NCBI RefSeq assembly: GCF_000143415.4
Contig: NW_003314288.1
Coordinates: 1,736,056 to 1,800,055 of the forward strand
From: Selaginella moellendorffii
Taxonomy: Eukaryota; Plantae; Lycopodiophyta
Length of the DNA: 64,000 nucleotides
Direction: 5' to 3'
This document shows, piece by piece, positions 61,328 through 64,000 of this stretch; within the stretch, counting starts at the first letter, position 1, and every line of letters starts with the position of its first letter. The notes beneath the pieces were generated by a model that was not told the origin of the DNA, did not search any database, and saw only the letters and a list, made by a program, of their open reading frames with translations. Position numbers and translations under genes: made by a program.

Positions 61328-62627
61328 ATGGCGATGGTGTTCTTATTCGTGATCTTGTGCTGGATCGCGGGGAATGGTGCCGCGGTGGCGGCCGCGCGCG
61401 CCATGTTTGTGTTTGGCGACTCCCTTGTCGATGCTGGAACCAATGTGTTCATCGCTGGAGTGCCCAACGCGGCGAATTTCGATCCCTACGGCGAGACATT
61501 CTTCCACAAGCCCACTGGGCGGTTCAGCAACGGGAAAATAGTTCCAGATTTCTTGGGTGCGCAAGAATTTTCTTTAGTTTGTCTATAGAAATTCTTGACT
61601 TTGATTTGGTTGAGCGCAGCTGGATTGCTGGGACTCGCACTGCTGCCACCGTTTCTCAAGCCAGGATCGAATTTCTCGCAAGGGGCGAACTTTGCATCGT
61701 CCGGGAGTGGGATCTCGAACAATCCAGACAATGTTGGTGATTGATTGAGAGAGGGATCTTGGATTTTCGTTTTGATTCCTGGATCGTTTCTGCAGGATCT
61801 CATCCCTCTAAATGCCCAAGTCCGGCAATTCCAGGAGTTTGTGAAGAGACGCAAACCTAGGGAGCTCTCTATCCCGGCTTCCATCTTCTTGCTTGTCACT
61901 GGCAGCAATGATCTTCTGGGAGGATACCTCCTAAATGGATCCGCCCAGCAGGCTTTCAACCCCCAGCAATACGTCGATCTCCTCCTCGGCGAGTACCAAA
62001 AATCTCTGCTGGTAAGGAAAAGAGCAAGGATTGGGATCATCGGTTCAATCGACACAAAAGAGCTCTTAAATTCTTGCTTTGATCGAGCAGGCTTTGCATC
62101 AATCCGGTGCCAGGAAGATCGTCATCACTGGAATCGGGCCTCTGGGATGCACGCCGTCGCTGCGATTACTCCAGGAGATCACCAACAATGCCACCGGCTG
62201 CTTGGAGGAATCAAACCAGCTCGCGCTGGCATTCAACACGAAGCTGGCGCAGCTCTTCCAGGAGCTAACGAAGAATCTCACGGACGCGAAGATCATCCTC
62301 GTCAAGCCCTACGATTTCTTCCTCGACATGATCAACAATGGCACGAAATACGGTAGGATTTCGAGGAAATTGGATCGATCGAGAGATTTTTCTTTCTTTA
62401 TCGCAGGATTTGAGGAGACGCAGAAGAACTGCTGTGGCGGTGGAGCATACAATGCGATGATTCCTTGCGGACGCGATGCGCCATTCCTGTGCCACGTCCC
62501 ATCCAAGTACCTCTTCTGGGATTTCCATCCCACACACCAGGCGGCGCGATTCATCAGCGACCAGGTCTGGGGCGGAGCTCCCGCGTTCGTGGAGCCTCTC
62601 AATCTAAGAGCTCTAGCTCAAATTTAA
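61328..62627 (+). CDS. GDSL esterase/lipase; spliced
   Basis: [49 protein letters not shown]. Confidence 0.94.
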
Positions 62628-62676
62628 ATCCCAAGTTCTTGGCGCCAAAAGTTCTCGCGGCATTCTTCATGGGTGG

Positions 62677-64000
62677 ATGGATCGCAGGGAATGCATCAAG
62701 CTCCTCGATTCGTGCACGGATCTCGCCGCCGCGGACAAGCTCGACGCCCACGTCCGCGCTCGCTACGGCGATGCCGATCGATTCCTGGCCAACAAGCGCC
62801 TGGAGATGTTTGGGCGGTGCGGGAGCACTGGCAGGGCGCGGGAGATTCTCGACGGCATCGCCCTGGGCGACAGGGATTGCTTCTCGTGGGATCTCATGCT
62901 CTCCGCATATGCCAAGAATGGACAGATCGATGCCGCCACACAGCTCTTCCGTGAGATGCACGGCACGACGATCGTCTCGTGGAACACGATGCTCGCCGCA
63001 TATTCCCGAGATCTTAGCCGGGCCATCGCCGTATTCGATTCCATGCCGGAGAGGAATCTTATCTCGTGGAACTCCATGCTCGCGGCATATGCCCAGAACG
63101 GGCATATTCTTGAGGCAAGGTTGGTGTTCGATTCTATGCCCCTTCGCAGCCTAGTTTCGTGGACAACTTTGTTAAAGTCTTACACGCTAATCGCTAAGAT
63201 CGATCTGGCAAAGATTTTTTTTGACGAGATGCCTGAAAGGGATCTGGTCTCCACGACCGCGATGCTCAACGCATATGCCCAAAGCGGGGATCTGGAAGAT
63301 GCCAAGAAAGTATTCCAGGAATCTTCTCGGCACAACCTTGTGCTCCTTACTGCGATGGTGGCGGCCTACGCGCACGGCACCCGGCTGGAAGATGCCAAGA
63401 GGATATTCGACTGGATGCCCGAAAGGAATGTGGTGACGTGGAATGCGATGCTGTCCGGATTTGCCCAGAACCAACGACTGGATGCCGCGCGGAGGCTGTT
63501 CCAGCAGATGCCCGAGCGCGATGTGGCCACGTGGAATGCCATGCTGGCGGGGTATGCCCAGAACGGCCACTTGGAGGATGCCAAGTGGATGTTTGACTCG
63601 ATGCCGCTGCGGAATATTACGACGGCAAATGCCATGCTGGCTGCGTATGTACAAAGCGACCGAATCGAAGAGGCTAGGCATCTTTATAGATCCATGGAGG
63701 AGAGGAATCTAATTTCTTCGAATATTATGCTTACCACATATGCCCAATCGGGGCAAATGTACGAAGCGGAAACAATCTTTGATTCATTGCCGGAAGTCAA
63801 CGTTATTTCGTCGACCTGTATGATAGGAGCTTATTCTTCAAACAGTCATGTTGACCGTGCGAAGACAATGTTTGACCAGATTCCACACAAGAATATTGCT
63901 TGTTGGAATTCGATGCTCGCTGCATATACCGAAAATGGGCAATTAGAACGAGCGAAACTTTTCTTTGATTCCATGCCTGAGAAGAACTTGATCTCGTCAA
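62677..64000 (+). CDS. PLS-class PPR protein, partial (runs off the window end)
   Basis: MDRRECIKLLDSC...RFLANKRLEMFGRCGS followed by in-frame SWN.ML.AYAQNG repeats; absent from the ORF track because there is no stop in the window. Confidence 0.9.
   Translation, partial: MDRRECIKLLDSCTDLAAADKLDAHVRARYGDADRFLANKRLEMFGRCGSTGRAREILDGIALGDRDCFSWDLMLSAYAKNGQIDAATQLFREMHGTTIVSWNTMLAAYSRDLSRAIAVFDSMPERNLISWNSMLAAYAQNGHILEARLVFDSMPLRSLVSWTTLLKSYTLIAKIDLAKIFFDEMPERDLVSTTAMLNAYAQSGDLEDAKKVFQESSRHNLVLLTAMVAAYAHGTRLEDAKRIFDWMPERNVVTWNAMLSGFAQNQRLDAARRLFQQMPERDVATWNAMLAGYAQNGHLEDAKWMFDSMPLRNITTANAMLAAYVQSDRIEEARHLYRSMEERNLISSNIMLTTYAQSGQMYEAETIFDSLPEVNVISSTCMIGAYSSNSHVDRAKTMFDQIPHKNIACWNSMLAAYTENGQLERAKLFFDSMPEKNLISS

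Overview
Gene-dense nuclear DNA from a land plant with a very compact genome: introns are mostly about 45-70 nt, intergenic gaps are often under 300 nt, and there are many intronless PLS-class PPR genes. I infer a lycophyte such as Selaginella; this is not confirmed. The window holds about 27 protein-coding genes: an ALE2-like receptor kinase, neprosin, 6 PPRs, PP2C, RPL24, POR, RAF1, adenylosuccinate lyase, a CBL, a Tat-signal lumen protein, 2 EGF-like proteins, a G-type lectin RLK, GH38, GH116, 2 SCPLs, argininosuccinate synthase, a MYB-CC factor, H2A, a GDSL lipase, plus the unusual genes below. It also has tRNA-Gly(GCC), tRNA-Leu(CAG) and several local duplications with decayed copies. Most notable: (1) a tandem array (2 intact genes, 1 pseudogene) resembling fungal-type Fe(II)/2OG dioxygenases but apparently lacking all catalytic ligands, one copy with four identical ACCGTTGTT (MSA-like) promoter elements; (2) a PPR-PP2C block apparently inserted into a copy of itself, with an ACTATG junction duplication and reciprocal gene loss; (3) an intronless CBL with a natural Ser-to-Asp change in the FPSF phospho-site; (4) an orphan trypsin-like ORF apparently lacking the catalytic His. 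Spliced gene spans were read by eye from start to stop codon, and family consensus motifs are from memory and need HMM confirmation.
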